Origin: Octopus sinensis
Taxonomy: Eukaryota
Reading direction: 5' to 3'
DNA length: 64,000 bases
Assembly (NCBI RefSeq): GCF_006345805.1
Contig: NC_042999.1
Span: forward strand, 114,204,001 to 114,268,000
This document shows, piece after piece, positions 1 to 14,138 of this stretch (its first letter is position 1; every line of letters begins with the position of its first letter). The notes under the pieces were generated by a model that ran no database searches, was not told the DNA's origin, and was given only the letters and a program-made list of their open reading frames with translations. A program made the translations under genes and the position numbers.

Positions 1-60
1 GATATTACAGTCAGAGTATACAGAATAGTGGCTCCAGTTCTCTGAAGTTACTGGATTTCA

Positions 61-191
61 TCTCTTATCTTCAACTTGTTTCAGTCAGACTGTGAAAATG
101 CTGGGGCACTGCCTTGAAGAATTTTTAGATGACAGTCTCTTTTACTGAAATGTTAAGTTACGGGGATGTAAACACACCAGCATTGACACAG

Positions 192-243
<52 letters not shown>

Positions 244-457
244 CATGCTAGCATGGAGAACGGACGTTAAACGATGATGATGATATATATATATATATAC
301 ATACAATGGGATTCTTTCAGTACAAAATCCACCCACAAGGTTTTGGTCAGCCTGAGGCTATTTTAGAAGACACTTGCCCAATGTACCACACACTGGGATT
401 GAACATGGAACCATGTGGTTGGGTAGCAAGCTTTTTACAGCACAACCGCACCTGCAT
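61..457 (-). mobile_element. tRNA-derived SINE (family A), degraded, with an RTE-type tail fragment inserted
   Basis: Reverse-complement similarity to 4923-5329 (gacacttgccca, cttgtttcagtca). catgctagcatggagaacggacgttaaacgatga sits at 244-283. Confidence 0.7.
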
Positions 458-867
458 CTACACAGCTAACACATACTTATTATTTATATTTCTCCTTTAG
501 ATAGTTCATGATTTAGATTTACTGTATCGTATCCATTTATCTGTCTCCTTATAAATTTCTTTCTTCACCCTCTCCATCCACCTACACACACTTTCCCACT
601 TCACACACACACACACAAGATGCATATATGTTTACATCAAACACACACATCAAGAAATAAGTTTATAGCTGTAACTAATGTGACTATAGAAATGCCTGTT
701 GTGACCAAGGACATCATTTACCTCACTTATAGCTGTTTCCTCATTCAGCTATAGCAAATCATGTAGTATTAGTAAATCTTAAACCCCACCTCCTCAAACT
801 ATACAAAAATACATCTGAACACACAGATTACAACATTTATATACAAAGCTTTGGAAAGCAGATATGA

Positions 868-870
868 TAA

Positions 871-901
<31 letters not shown>

Positions 902-910
902 TATTATTAT
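868..910. repeat. (TTA)n microsatellite
   Basis: Directly visible; it explains the poly-Tyr ORF. Confidence 0.95.
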
Positions 911-2514
911 AATGATGATGAAAACCTACACCATAACGGAAATCATTTGCTGAAATTTAATTTTTTTTGCTCTATATCCACCCATATTTTCTTTTCTAAA
1001 TTTAGTTATTTTGAATGTAGAAAAGAATTTTCTTTTAGATATCTCAATATTTACCATCAAGGAAACTAAAAAAAAAGAAAGAAAATGTTAATAGTGACAA
1101 AAAGGGGTTTTATTACTCAGTAAACTACAAGACCGTCCGGTCTGTCCTGAAGCAAAGAGCTAATAACAAAACCTACCAGCTTGACATCAATATTGGCATA
1201 ACAACAACATTATGAAAATAGATGGTCTTCAGTAATAAATATTACACACATACTAAACAATATACATATTCACTAAGTCAGTCACTCACATTATTACTTT
1301 TCAACACTCTCATCACACAGTCTCAACAGCTTCCTCATTCATTAACATACAAGCAACTCCACACACACACATAATAAATTACATACACATCCATTCAGTT
1401 ACACTACTATTCTTTTACCCACTCATGCTACTCATCAAACACATACACATAATCACAATATCACACATGCACATCTCACAGATATCCAAAAGATCTAAAC
1501 ACACACACACATAATTACAGAGCTAATAACAGTAAATATCAAATGACAAATGGCTCAGGCTTTTGACTCACGACAAGGAGTGCACACACACAATGCCATG
1601 ACAGCATTAATGGAAAGTAAATTTTGCAACCATTTTGCTTGGGCTTCATAAATTTTTTTTCTCTCTTTCTCTTTTAGATTTTATGGTTTAGTCAGAGGAG
1701 GAAGGGCAGGTCTTAACAACAATTTTACACGGTCTTGGAGACTGGAGACTAGTGATGAAAAGAGAGGAAAAATGCATGAGTCATGAGTTGCTGCTGATCA
1801 AGATGTTGAATTACTCTCAGACAGGATTCATGGTGTGAATTGTTTACTGCAAAGTGGATTCCAGTAAAGGAACTCGTAGGACCAAGTCAGGTGCTAAACT
1901 GGGTAAGGGATTAAATCTATTTTCCAAGAACAGGTACAATCCACCTGATTGACACTTTTTATGTGGCACCAACACTGGCAGGGTTACCAGGTAACTTGCA
2001 AGACAAGGAATTTTTGAGAGGGGAGGGGGCATTGGAAGAGGTGATCTTGAGCCAGATGATGAAAGGTTAGAATGCGAGAGAAAGGGAGAAAGAAAGAGAG
2101 AGAGAGAGGTAACAAGAAAGAGGACAGAAACAGGTATGCTGCTGTAAAGAAGATACTTGGTTACCTAGCCAGAGGGAAGTGCAAGATATATAATTATGTA
2201 GGCTGGGTAAAATCCAAGCTGTGTTCTCTCGAAGGACGTCTGCTTATTCCAGTATTTTCCCAACTGTCTACCTACAATACACATGATCACTAACTATGTA
2301 TAAATGCTTCATCCAAATGTAAATTTTGTATTATTTGATTCTCTGACTGAAAAATTCCTAACAGGAAATTTCTTACATGCTTATCTAACATGTACAACTT
2401 AGTGATTTATATGAGCAACACATTTGACCAATTTCAGTTCTGTAACAACATCAAAATCTCTTTCACTAACAACAAAATACCATCCACTCTTACAAACACT
2501 GTTGTTACTTTTAA

Positions 2515-2796
2515 CCCTTTTATTACCATACACTGTCTTTGTACCAATAAATTTTGAAAATAACAGATGAAGAATTTAGCAAAATTAACTTTTGATATAG
2601 ATTTTTTATAAACTTTTCGAAATAGATTTTACATAAGCTTTTACATAAACTTTTTTTTAAAATAAATTATTAACCTAGCATTTGGAATATAAATTAGCAT
2701 GAAGTTCTGATGGCTGGTTTAAATTTAGATAATTTTAAAACAGGAAGTTTGTATTATAGAACTAGAGGCGGTCTCAGTGAGTTTGGTAGCAAAAGA
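2515..2796 (+). mobile_element. piggyBac-type MITE (CCCTTTT-ended family)
   Basis: TTAA|ccctttt...aaaaga|TTAA ends; internal similarity to 44562-44781. Confidence 0.65.
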
Positions 2797-2839
2797 TTAA
2801 ATATTCAGGAAGATACTTTTGATATGAATGCTTCTACTG

Positions 2840-2842
<3 letters not shown>

Positions 2843-2908
<66 letters not shown>
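2843..2908. repeat. (TA)n(TG)n compound microsatellite
   Basis: Directly visible. Confidence 0.95.
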
Positions 2909-2911
<3 letters not shown>

Positions 2912-4431
2912 TCTTTTGTTTTTCAGTTAATAACTTATACATTGCAAACCAGGTTAAAATTGCAAATACAGACTATTGCAAGGGTGATTTAACAAAAAAT
3001 CCATTACACTGCACAAGAAATAAATATTCTAAAATCAATTTGGAGCATTATATTTCATTAAAATCTGTTTCATAAAAATGCATTTAAATTAGCTTACAAC
3101 AGCATGTAATCCCCGTTGTTTGAGTTCCAACCATATTTATTCTTCTCTTTGAAACATTGAATGTGAAACTATAAACGCTAAATGATGATCAGAAATGTTG
3201 ATCTATGTTAATTTAAGTGCATTTTATAATACTGAAAAAAAACCCCAAAAAAACTAAAATCCTTGGTGGTTAATGCTCAAACCATTATTTGTAGATTATT
3301 TATTTTGATGTTTGTATATGTGTTTTTGACTTAACTATATTACTTCTCTTGTACACTGCAGCCACAATTGCATGCAGTTATTAAAAACAAAGAACCATGT
3401 TTGATAAAGAATACTTTAGTTAAAAAGGTTAACCCCCACCAAAAGAGATTAATAAAGTAAAGATAATATTTGAATCAAAAATATACCACCACCACCACCA
3501 CACATCCATCCATCCATTTTTCCATGCTAGTATGGGCTAGACAAGTCTGTTCCAGCACAGTGTCTTGCCGCCACTTGTTGCTATCCTTTGTCATCTGATA
3601 CAGCCACCCACAACAGAGAAAAAGCACCAATATTTGTTGTGTAATACATTTAATACATAAATAAACTGTAGGAAATTTTGTAAGGTTTCAATATAATAAA
3701 AGAAATCTGCTAAACTGACCACTTTCTACTGTTGTTTCAATACAATATCACTTTATATGTGTGGTATTAAGCATGAAATCCTTGATGTAAAATGATGGAC
3801 AACTTCCTTTAGTTTTCAAAGCCTTTCACAAAAGCCAATGTCTGGAGATAGATGAAAGACTGGGGGATAATGAGAAGCCTGGAGCTATCATAAACACGTG
3901 TACCAACTCATTAATCAACCTCCAAGAAACGAGAACCAAATCTCCTTCAAATCACACACAATTAAAAGGAGAAAAAAAAAACGGGGGAAAAAAAAAGAAG
4001 CCAAACAAACCCACATTGGATAGTATAATGTAATCGTTGACACAAACTGCTGAAAAAAAGATGACAGGTTAGTCATGCCTGGAATGCCTTAGATCAAAGA
4101 TCTGAATTTATCATGATTGACTTGGGGGCTAAGCAACAACTACAGAGATTTCCACAGATATCCCCAGAGACAGCATTTACAGATAAGATTAAATTATAAG
4201 ATTTGAGGAATAGTGGTACATTAAGATGCTGATATGAATGTTTATTATGATAAATGTCTCTAATTAGATGAATATGTTGAAGTAGAGTTAATCAGATCAC
4301 AAATGATACAAATAATAAGTATAGAAATGACAGTTGTTTGAGATTCAAACCCTATATATGCAGATTGACTTAGTCTTTCAATCTTTCACATCCTTCTCTA
4401 AGGGAGGACATGCACTAATATATGCACTGGT

Positions 4432-4645
4432 AAGGCAGTGAGCTGGCAGAATTGTTGGCATACCAAATAAAATGCTTAGTGGCATTTTGTCCATCTTTAT
4501 GTTCTGAAATGAAATTCCACCAAGGTTGACTTTCATCATTTTGGGGTTGATAAAATAAAGTACCAGTCAAGTACTTGAGTTGGTGTAATTGACTTACCTC
4601 CTCCCCTGAAATTACTGGTCTTATGCCAAAATTTAAAACCAATAT
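4432..4645 (+). mobile_element. SINE family B. Other copies at ~9640-9890+, 21300-21780-, 27270-27440-, 30700-30850+, 31025-31225-, 32900-33140-, 50685-50895-, 55315-55510+, 58720-59130-
   Basis: Recurrent aaggcagtgagctggcagaa head, B-box-like gttcaaattcc in most copies, and a ctttcatcctt-ggggtcgataaaataagtacc core seen many times in the window. Confidence 0.8.
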
Positions 4646-4922
4646 AGACATTGGTAATATGGAGGGTCAATGTCATTGATATTCTTTGACCATCACTACC
4701 ACTAACCATCATAATCGTTTTAATGTCTACTTTTCTATGCGTGCATAGTTCATGCTGATAGTGTGCTGAGGATAAATTTTTCTATGATTGGATACCCTTT
4801 GCTGTTGCCAACTGCCACCTGTGGTGTTTCCAGGTGAAGTAGTTATCTCTCAATTTATTAAACAACAAAAGGACAGGACGTGTTTATATGGAGATCTGAA
4901 AACAAATAAAACGGTATGAACA

Positions 4923-5329
4923 TGCCGCAGGAGTGGCTGTGTGTTAAGTAGCTTGTTTACCAACCACATGGTTCCGGGTTCAGTCCCACTGCATGGCACC
5001 TTGGGCAAGTGTCTTCTACTATAGCCTCGGGCCAACCAAAGCCTTGTGAGTAGATTTGGTAGACAGAAACTGAAAGAAGCCCGTCGTATATATGTATATA
5101 TATATGTGTGTGTGTGTGTTTGTGTGTCCGTGTTTGTCCCCCTAGCATTGCTTGACAACTGATGCTGGTGTGTTTATGTCCCCGTTACTTAGCGGTTCGG
5201 CAAAAGAGACCGATAGAATAAGTACTGGGCTTACAAAAGAGTAAGTCCCGGGGTCGAGTTGCTCGATTAAAGGCGGTGCTCCAGCATGGCTGCAGTCAAA
5301 TGACTGAAACAAGTAAAAGAGTAAAGAGT
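4923..5329 (+). mobile_element. Near full-length tRNA-derived SINE family A with internal (TA)/(TG) tract. Other copies at ~6712+, 9163+, 12340-, 15150-15828-, 19957-20330-, 22250-22672, 41995-42392+
   Basis: A-box-like gtggctgtgtgttaag, B-box-like ggttcagtccc, accttgggcaagt core and aagtaaaagagtaaagag tail. Octopus tRNA-derived SINEs (OK/OR) are known; the exact family was not assigned. Confidence 0.85.
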
Positions 5330-5946
5330 ATGCCTTTTGTTTACAAATATTGCTCAACATATCGTGAAACCCAGACAAGATTTTGCACCAGATTGCAAGC
5401 ACACCATCACCAGGGAGCGAGCACACATAAAGATGAGGGAAACAAATTCAATCATATAAACACATATAGATATAAATATACGACAAGCTTTTTTTAATTT
5501 CTGTCTATCAAGTTTACCCACAAGGCTTTTGCTGGGTCAGGGCTATATTAGATGTTTCCTCAAAGTGTTATGCAATGGGACTGAACTTGAAACTATGTAG
5601 TTGGGAAGGGGACTTTTTAACCAGTCATGCCAATAATAACTTCAGCACAAGAAAAAAATTACGCCCCCCCCCCCATATTGAGAATGAAAAACCTAGATGG
5701 GTAAGTAGCATGTAGAAATCACTGAAACCTCCATCCTGGTGCAGCAATCAGCCAATTTGCTGGCGCCGTTGAGACAGACATCAGTAACAATAGGAAGCTT
5801 CATCTGAAATCAGAAGAGCTGTCAATATGATGACAGGAAATTGGCATGAGCATTGCAGAAATGTCAATCACAGACTTCTTGATGGGAGAGATGGGATTAA
5901 GTTTACATAAAAGTGTGTTTCTTTGTGTGCAGATGCATAAATACAC

Positions 5947-6128
<182 letters not shown>

Positions 6129-7059
6129 AATGTTAGACCTTGTGCATGAGAAGGAGGAATTTTTTTTCATGTTCAATGTAATTAAAAGTGAATATGGGGA
6201 TATTAAAAAATTTATTAGTCAATCCAATACATGTGTCTTTTTCTCTGCATGCATATTTCTAACCTAATCAGAGTGGAGTAACTCAGAGTAATTTTCTGTT
6301 TCTTTTGTGAGAGTCAGTGATTTCATTTTTTTTACATCCATACAATTCTTTTCTTACTCTTGTATTGGACAAGTATAAAAACTGCACAGCCAACTGTACC
6401 CCACAATCATAGAGGATCTTTTTTGCTTTCATGTTTCACCCAACCATACAACACTACACTTGTACATGTCATTGTAGTCAGGCTCTTACTTGGAGAACAA
6501 TAAGGCCTTATGAGCCTAAGGCATGCAAGTTACAAGGCGATCATCAATGTTGCTAGTGTCAAGATAAAAGAAAGGTACCCAGTGTACTCTGTGAAGTGGA
6601 TGGTGTTAAGGATGTCACCCAGAAGTAGAAACAACACTAAAGTAAACACTGGTGCACGACAGTCCTTCCACTCAGCAGACTCTGGCAAACTGTTCAACCC
6701 ATGCTAAAATAGGTGCAGGTGTGACTGTGTGGAATCTTGCTTTCCAACCACATGGATCAGGGTTCATCCCACTGTGAGGCACCTTGGGCAAGTGTCTTCT
6801 ACTATAGCCTTGGGCTAACCAAAGCCTTGTGAGTGGACTTGTTAGAGGGAAACCAACCCATGCCAGCATGGAAGGCAGACTTTAAATGATACTGATGATA
6901 TACTTTAGATATAAATGGCAATTTCTGTCTCTCTGTCTTTCACCATCTTGCTGTCCAAACAAGGGAACCAATCTTCAAACTTTGTATACCTGTTGAACTA
7001 ACATCCAGTTCAATTATAGGCTAATTGGATTTCAATAAAATTTGATAATGGACTGACTA

Positions 7060-7960
7060 CCAAATAAACTTTACTTTCATTTACATATTTGTATCATAAT
7101 CTTTTCTAAAGTCAACTTTTATAAACATTTTATACCACAACAATGACGTCACATTTTCTATATGAGTGTGTACCTTAAAAGACATTCATTTCTCAATATG
7201 TTATGAGGAAATACAATCACTCTCTCTCTCTCACATCATCATCCAAAAAAAGATGTATGCATATGTATTTATGTATGTGTATAGGAAAGATTTAAGACAG
7301 AGAGAGAGAGAGAGAGACTGAGTGAGTGTGACTTACACATACATGACACACACCTTCACTCACATGCACACGTCCATTTTATGTACACGTACATACATCT
7401 TTCACATTCTGCTCTCACTTCAAAGGAAATTAATGAATATATTCGAGAACTGAGTTGCTGATTTTGACATATGGGGTATCAAAAGATTCAGTAATCTATT
7501 ATTGCTAAAAAATAAACTTCATTTTCATTTACATAACAAAAATTTAACATTATAATCTTTCCATAATTCAACCATCCAAAATGATATTTTATATCACAAC
7601 AACGATGACATCACATTTTCTATATGAGTGTGTACCTTAAAAGATATCCATCTCTCTATATTTATGAGGAAATACAGTTGCTAACTTTCTCTCTCACATG
7701 CACACACACACATACATACATACATACAAAAAAAAAGATGTACATGTATATGAAAGATATGTGTGTGTGTGTCAGAGAGAAAAAAAGAGAGAGTGCACTA
7801 CTTATACATGCAAAAAATACATACATAACAACACAAACCTTCACTCACTCTCTCACATGCTCAAATATGCCCATTTCTTATACACATACATACATCTTTC
7901 ACTTTCTGCTCTCACTTTAAAGCATAAAGAAATAAAAAAATTTTTATGCAAATTAACGAA
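7060..7960. repeat. Diverged local direct duplication (two units, ~450-480 bp period)
   Basis: tcacattttctatatgagtgtgtaccttaaaaga occurs at ~7149 and ~7611, and acatacatctttcac-ttctgctctcactt at ~7391 and ~7888. Confidence 0.8.
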
Positions 7961-8644
7961 CAATCATATGATTCCATATGATTGAAATGACAACTTTCCT
8001 GCTCCAAATGAAAGAATGCCATAAAATAACTTCCTTTGGTACACACACACCCCTTCACACACTCTAGGTAACACTTCTGTAGGAATTATGTTAATTCTTG
8101 CTATGTGTACATGCAAAACTACAGCTCAAATCTAATTGAAATTACCTTTTTCTATTCTGTAATTCTTGTTTGTGATGAGTGTATTTAAAAACTTGATCTT
8201 CGATATAAACTTAAAAGGAAGTTCTCCTAGAAATCATGTCCTTTACCTGTTGTTTCTAGCATGTCCGAGGTGACATCTATGCCCCCCCCCCCCAATTTCT
8301 TCTGATTCCTATGTTTTCAATACAAGATATTAGGATTTTACCCCCAAAACACATTCTCAATATTTTAATTCTCTCCCTCCCCATCCCAATTTCTGCATTT
8401 TTTTCATTTTTGAATTTTTTCTAGGTAATCCATGGAGAAAAGAACAGAGCACGAATCTTTAAGAATTTTCTTCTTTCTTTTTTCAAAAAGCTACAAACTC
8501 CCAATGTTACACTTTTAGCTTTTTGTAAAGTGGGGAAGCTTCTTCAGCAATAATGTCGTTTACCTATTGTTTCTAACATGCCAGGTTTTCTGGTGGTGCT
8601 CTAACATTTTTTAACATCTGCTATTTCAGTACAATTCTATGCAT

Positions 8645-8870
8645 GCATGAGCGTGGCCGCTACTAGTACCACCTGACTGGCCCTCGTGCCGGTGGCACGT
8701 AAAAGCACCCGCTACACTTTCAGAGTGGTTGGTGTTAGGAAGGGCATCAAGCTGTAGAAACACTGCCAGATCAGATTGGAGTCAGGTGCAGCTATATGGT
8801 TCACCAGACCTCAGTTAAATCGTCCAGCCCATGCTAGCATGGAAAGCGGACGTTAAACGATGATGATATA
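8645..8870 (+). mobile_element. Short element sharing the RTE LINE 3' end (RTE-tail SINE or truncated LINE). Copies also at ~15360-15620-, 17140-17310+, 41665-41790+, 45480-45830-, 55900-56170-, 62490-62640-
   Basis: ggtgttaggaagggcatc...catgctagcatggaaagcggacgttaaacgatgatga, the same type of end as LINE 24343-25498. Confidence 0.8.
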
Positions 8871-11800
8871 TATATATACATGCACATACATGTATATTCT
8901 TCCCAAGCATTAAACTAATACACATGCTTGTTCCTACACCTGTCTTTGTCTTTTACTTTCAATAAATTTGAACTATATATGTGTGTCTTTGTTTCCCACC
9001 CCCAGCACCACTTGACAACTGGTGATGGTGTGTTTAAGTCCCTTAAGTACAAGGCTTAAAAAGTAAGTCTTGGGGTCTGAAATAAGTAAAAGAAAAGAAT
9101 GGAAGTTGGACATTAAATGATGATGCATGGCTATATAGAGATACAAGAATGGGTGTGTTGACGTGTAGGCATAGCTGTGTGGTTAAGAAATTTGCTTTGC
9201 AACCACATGGTTTCAGGTTCAGTCTTGATGCACAACATCTTGGGCAAGTGTCACCTACAACAGCCTCGGGCTGACCATTGCCTTGTGAATCTATTTAGAT
9301 GATAAAAACTGTACAAAGCATGCATGTGAGTGTTTACATTCTGCACTTGCAAGGGAAAAAAATTGAGTTATGGACAATGTTGCATGTTGTCATTGCCCTA
9401 CAAACAAATTGTAAGGTTTTGAAGACATATGGAATAAAAACTACTTGAGAAATAATGCTACAACATTATGAATAGTCATCTAACTCAAGCTAGCATGAGA
9501 GGAGAAGGAGGAGAAAGATGTGAAAATGAATTAGGTCAAGACCCATATAAATATTAATAGCTTTAGTTCTTTATTGTGCAGAGCCTTATTATTCCTTGAA
9601 TTTCTACTACCCTATTTACACTGTTACATGGCATATTGTCTGTCTTAACATTCTGAATCCAAATTCTGCCAAGGTTGATTTTGCCGTCATCCCTTCAGGG
9701 TCGATAAAATAGGTATCAATTAGTGACATTTCATCTGTCTTTATGTTCTGAGTTCAAATTTTGCCAGGGTTAATTTTGCCACTCATCCTTTTGGGGTTGA
9801 TAAAATAAATACCACTTGAACACCGGAGTTGGTGTAATCAACTTACTCCCTCCTCTTAAATTGCTGGCCTTGTGCCAAAATTTGAAATCAATAACATGGT
9901 TATTACTATCCCCCGATCTAGTATTTATTTATGTAGATGTATTTCACTTATATACACCTCTCTGTAACTCGAGGATGTGTCTCTACACATCTCTCTACCC
10001 TCTTTTTCCAAATGGGGAAGCCATGTATCTCCTCTACAGCAAGACACCTGTTTCTGTCCCTCTATCATACATTAACCTCTCATCAATTGGTGCAAAGTCA
10101 CTTCCCTTAATACTACTTCCCTAACTCAGTTGAGGAGTCTTGTCTTCCAAGTTATTCAGTGACCTCAATGGTGCTGGTGCCGTGTAAAAAGCACCCAGGA
10201 CACTGTAAAAGGATTGGTGTTAAGAAGGGCATCCAGCCACAGAAACCATACCAAAGCGACAGCAGAGTTTGGCGTAGTCCTCTGGCTTACTAGCTCTTGT
10301 CAAAGTGTCTAACCTATGCCAGCACGAATAATGGATGTTAAACAATGATGATGATTATGGTGATGATACACACATATCACTATGAGAGTCTGACATTTTT
10401 TATCTATTTTTTTTGTTTCCATTGTGTTGGCTTTGATTTGAATGAATTTTTTTAACAGCTGGATGCCCTTCTTATAAAACTAAACCCCTCATCCAAGAAG
10501 AATAGAATTGGCATTGATCTCAAGATACAACTGACATTTTCGGCATTAAAACCTGGAATAGCAGTAGTAATAAATTAACTGAAAAACAAATCCAGAAATC
10601 GAATGAAGACTAATTGACTGTGCTCATATTAAAACAAACAGTTAAATGTTATGTCTCAGATTGTCAAATATGATGTTGATGTCACATGTGCTATAATATC
10701 AGGTTTATAAGATGAATATATATATCAAAATGGTAGAAGTAATTAAAAGAACAAAAAATTAAATAAAATAAGAAAAACGTCATAAGAAGATTATTCAATT
10801 ATGAAACAAATTAAAAAAAAAGAATAATTACCTAGAGGGTATTTAAACGTAAATAAATATAGTGCCTACCAGAACATTGTTGATGTTATGATGAGATTTG
10901 ATGCTGATGACGACTATAAAAGCCATGAAACACGTGAGAAAAAGAAAAAAACTGTAAACACCATAGCATCTTACAATAACCTGAAATGTGGGCTTTGAGA
11001 GTAATATGGCGAAACAATTGAATATATTACAGCTGGCTGACTGAAACTGGTCAAAATCAAATGCATAATTAAATATGTAAGTAAAACAAAATAAAAGATG
11101 GGCAGGCAGTTGTTAACAGCATCAAAGCATTAATAAATTAGTGATACAGATGTGAGTATAAAAAATATAATTAAGTAGAAAAACAGGAAAACGAAAAGTC
11201 CATATTAGTTCTTCAAAGATGGGAAGTTATCTGGAGAGTTCACACTCAAATGTAACAGATGAGAGAGAGAAGAATCCTAGCAATGCTTTACACATGTTTC
11301 TGGGGTTTGATGATCTGCAAGCATGATAGTATGCATTGTGTGTACATGTATTATGTAGTAAATTGCTTTTAGTGAATGTACATGAAATAACACACATTTA
11401 AATTCAGGAATCTCACAAAAGACTGATCCTCTCATAATGCACCAGCTGGCCACTTCGATCGCCAGGAGATATATGGAACAATCTGTTATTTAACTGAAGC
11501 ATTCACCAATTGGGATTCAAACGTAAACTTGGAGACATATGAGACACTATATGAAGCAAAAATTATGAAACAAAATCAAACATGCAAACAAAATTTTTTT
11601 TAAAATACTGACACAAATTGGAGTGTTATGCTTTAAACATCCTCAACTATGGAATGAAATTGAAAACAAATCTAAATCATAATCAAAATGAGACAATGTC
11701 AGGGAAAATCAATAAATTTCTAAATCAAAATACAACAATTACATAAAACGTAAAATTTCTTCAGGTCCTACTGGATGCCATTAATTCTTCCTCCAATCAC

Positions 11801-12942
11801 ATACTATCATCGTAAACAAGGATTGAGCAGTTCATGCTGGCACTATTCACACTTTTCCATGCTTGCAGAGTTTATTGAGGCAAATTTTCTATAACAAGAT
11901 TTGTCTTCCTGTTGCCCATTCTCACCTGTTTTCAAGCAAGGTAATATTTCCCCATGGCCAAACATGTTTTCACAGAAAACTGGAAATAAATCATGCAATG
12001 AGGCAATGTGGAGACTGAGACACAAACAAAAATATCTATCTATCTACATATATATGTGAAAATGTGTGATCTAGTGGTTAGTGTTGCACTCATGATCCTA
12101 AGAGTGTGGTTTTGATTCCGAAACTGGTGAAGTATTGTGTTCTCAAGCAAAACACCTCATTTCACATTGATTTACTCCACTCAGCTGTAACAGGGCAACC
12201 CTGCAACAGATTGACATTCTCTTCAGGAGGATGCCTAGCCAGTAGAGTGGCATGATTCAAAAGCTAAAAACATTGTAAGGAAGAACATTGTGACCAGTAG
12301 TAATAAAATCTGAGAGTATGGTCAATACAGTGATATACATGAGCTTCTTTCAGTTTCCTTCTTTGAAATTCACTAGCAAGGCTTTGGTTGACCTGGGGTT
12401 ATAGTAGTAGACACTTGCCCAAGGTGCTATGCGGCGAGACTGAACCTAAAAGCATGTGGCTGGGAAGCAAACTTGTTAACTACATAGCCATACCGGTACC
12501 TATACATGTACATATTAAAACGCTTCACATGAAGAAACGTGAGAAAAACATTATACTCACAACAACATGTTATCATCATACAATATTTATGTAGAAAAAC
12601 ATTTCCATTTTTTGTAGTTACTTTGTATGCAGAAAAAAAACCAAAAAACAACTTATCCATTTATCTATACAGAATATTGTATCATTAATAGACTCTTAAA
12701 ATTATGAGACATACTTAAACTATCAGATGAAGTACAACAACAAATGAAGTATTGGAGAAAAATTAAACATTCAACTATGCAAATGGAACTATTGTCATGG
12801 TTACAATATAGGTATCAGAAAAAAAAAAGTTGTTTTACATTAGAGACACATGTAGATGCAGGCATAGCTGTATGACTTGCTTGAAATCATGTTGTTCTGG
12901 GGTTGATCCTCACAACATGGTATCATAGGAATTTACCAGGTA

Positions 12943-13784
12943 CAGTGCATTTGGGCTAAATTTGATGATTTTTCTATGTCTCCTTTTTTCAGAAATGGTT
13001 TGATGTATTGGTGAATAGACGATGGCATTGGAGAGGATAACATTTTAAGTTGAAGTTGAGAGAAAGTTAGCTGACATGGAGGACTGGAAGCCAACTAAAT
13101 ATAGGAAAAGAGTTACCTGTATCATGACGATCTGAGCCAGGTATCAAAATGCCATTATCATAACTGCTGCCCAATGCTCTGTGAACACTGTAAAGGCTGT
13201 AAGGTGTGACATGGCCAGCAGGAAAGTACACAACAGGCATTCTGATTTCATCTGCACTCCAGGATTCATTCCCTCATCTTTGAATAGAGGCCCTAAGCTC
13301 AAATCAGACAGTTACGTGAAGCCACTGGAGAGGTTGCTGGTAGAAGATCATATGCGTGGCAGCAGGATTTGGATCCTTGTCATTACTTAGGAAAGAGCCA
13401 GAAGTGGCTGTTGGAGAATTTCTACGACTTCATCAGCTTGAATTTCTGGCCTCCTAATTATAATCTTATGGATTACTATGTGTAGGGTGCAGATGAGGAA
13501 AGACACCAACTGCTCTATATGCAACACTAAGGTTAAGCAGGCAGCCAAGATCAAGGATGCATTCAAAGATCTTCCCAAGGACACAGTGAAGAACGCATGC
13601 GCCAGGTTCCACAGCCATCTTAAAGCTGTGGTGGAAGCTGAGGGCAGCTACTTTGAGTAAACATATCTCCTAGCCATAATCTAGTTCATATTTTTTGACA
13701 ATTAAAAATACTTTCACTTTTGGATGAGATATTGTGCTTTCTTTTCCTTTCACGCAAACTGTCAAATCTATCCCAAACATCCTA
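12943..13784 (+). mobile_element. Decayed Tc1/mariner-superfamily transposon (maT/DD37D-like)
   Basis: Degenerate TIRs (cagtgcatttgggctaaatttga / tcaaatctatcccaaacatcct). Frameshifted remnants WQQD...H...SQKWLLENF...FWPPN...MDYYV and ACARFHSHLKAVVEAEGSYFE*. Confidence 0.75.
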
Positions 13785-13819
13785 TGAATGGAAACTGTCA
13801 GGAAGCCTGTATATGTAAT

Positions 13820-14138
13820 TGGCATTCTGTCAGTTATGACAATGAGGGTTCCAGTTGATCAGATCAACTGAACAGCCTGCTTGTGAAATTAATTGGCAAG
13901 TGGCCAAGCACTTCACAAACACGTGTACCCTTTGTGTAGTTCTCAGGGAGATCCAGTGTGACATGGAATGCGACAAGGCTGGCCCTTTCAAATACAGGTA
14001 TAGCTCCCTTTTGTCAGCTGAGTGGACTGGAGCAATGTGAAATGAAGTGTTTTGCTGAAAGACACAACATACTACTGAGAACTGAACTCACAACCATGCA
14101 ATTGTGAGCTAAATACCTTAACCACTAAAGTACGCACT
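13820..14138 (-). mobile_element. tRNA-derived SINE family C (partial plus-strand copy at ~12060-12200)
   Basis: Minus-strand head ttagtggttaagg...gtgagttcagttctc, followed by ttgtgtctttcagcaaaacacttcatttcacattgctccagtccactcagctg. Confidence 0.7.
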
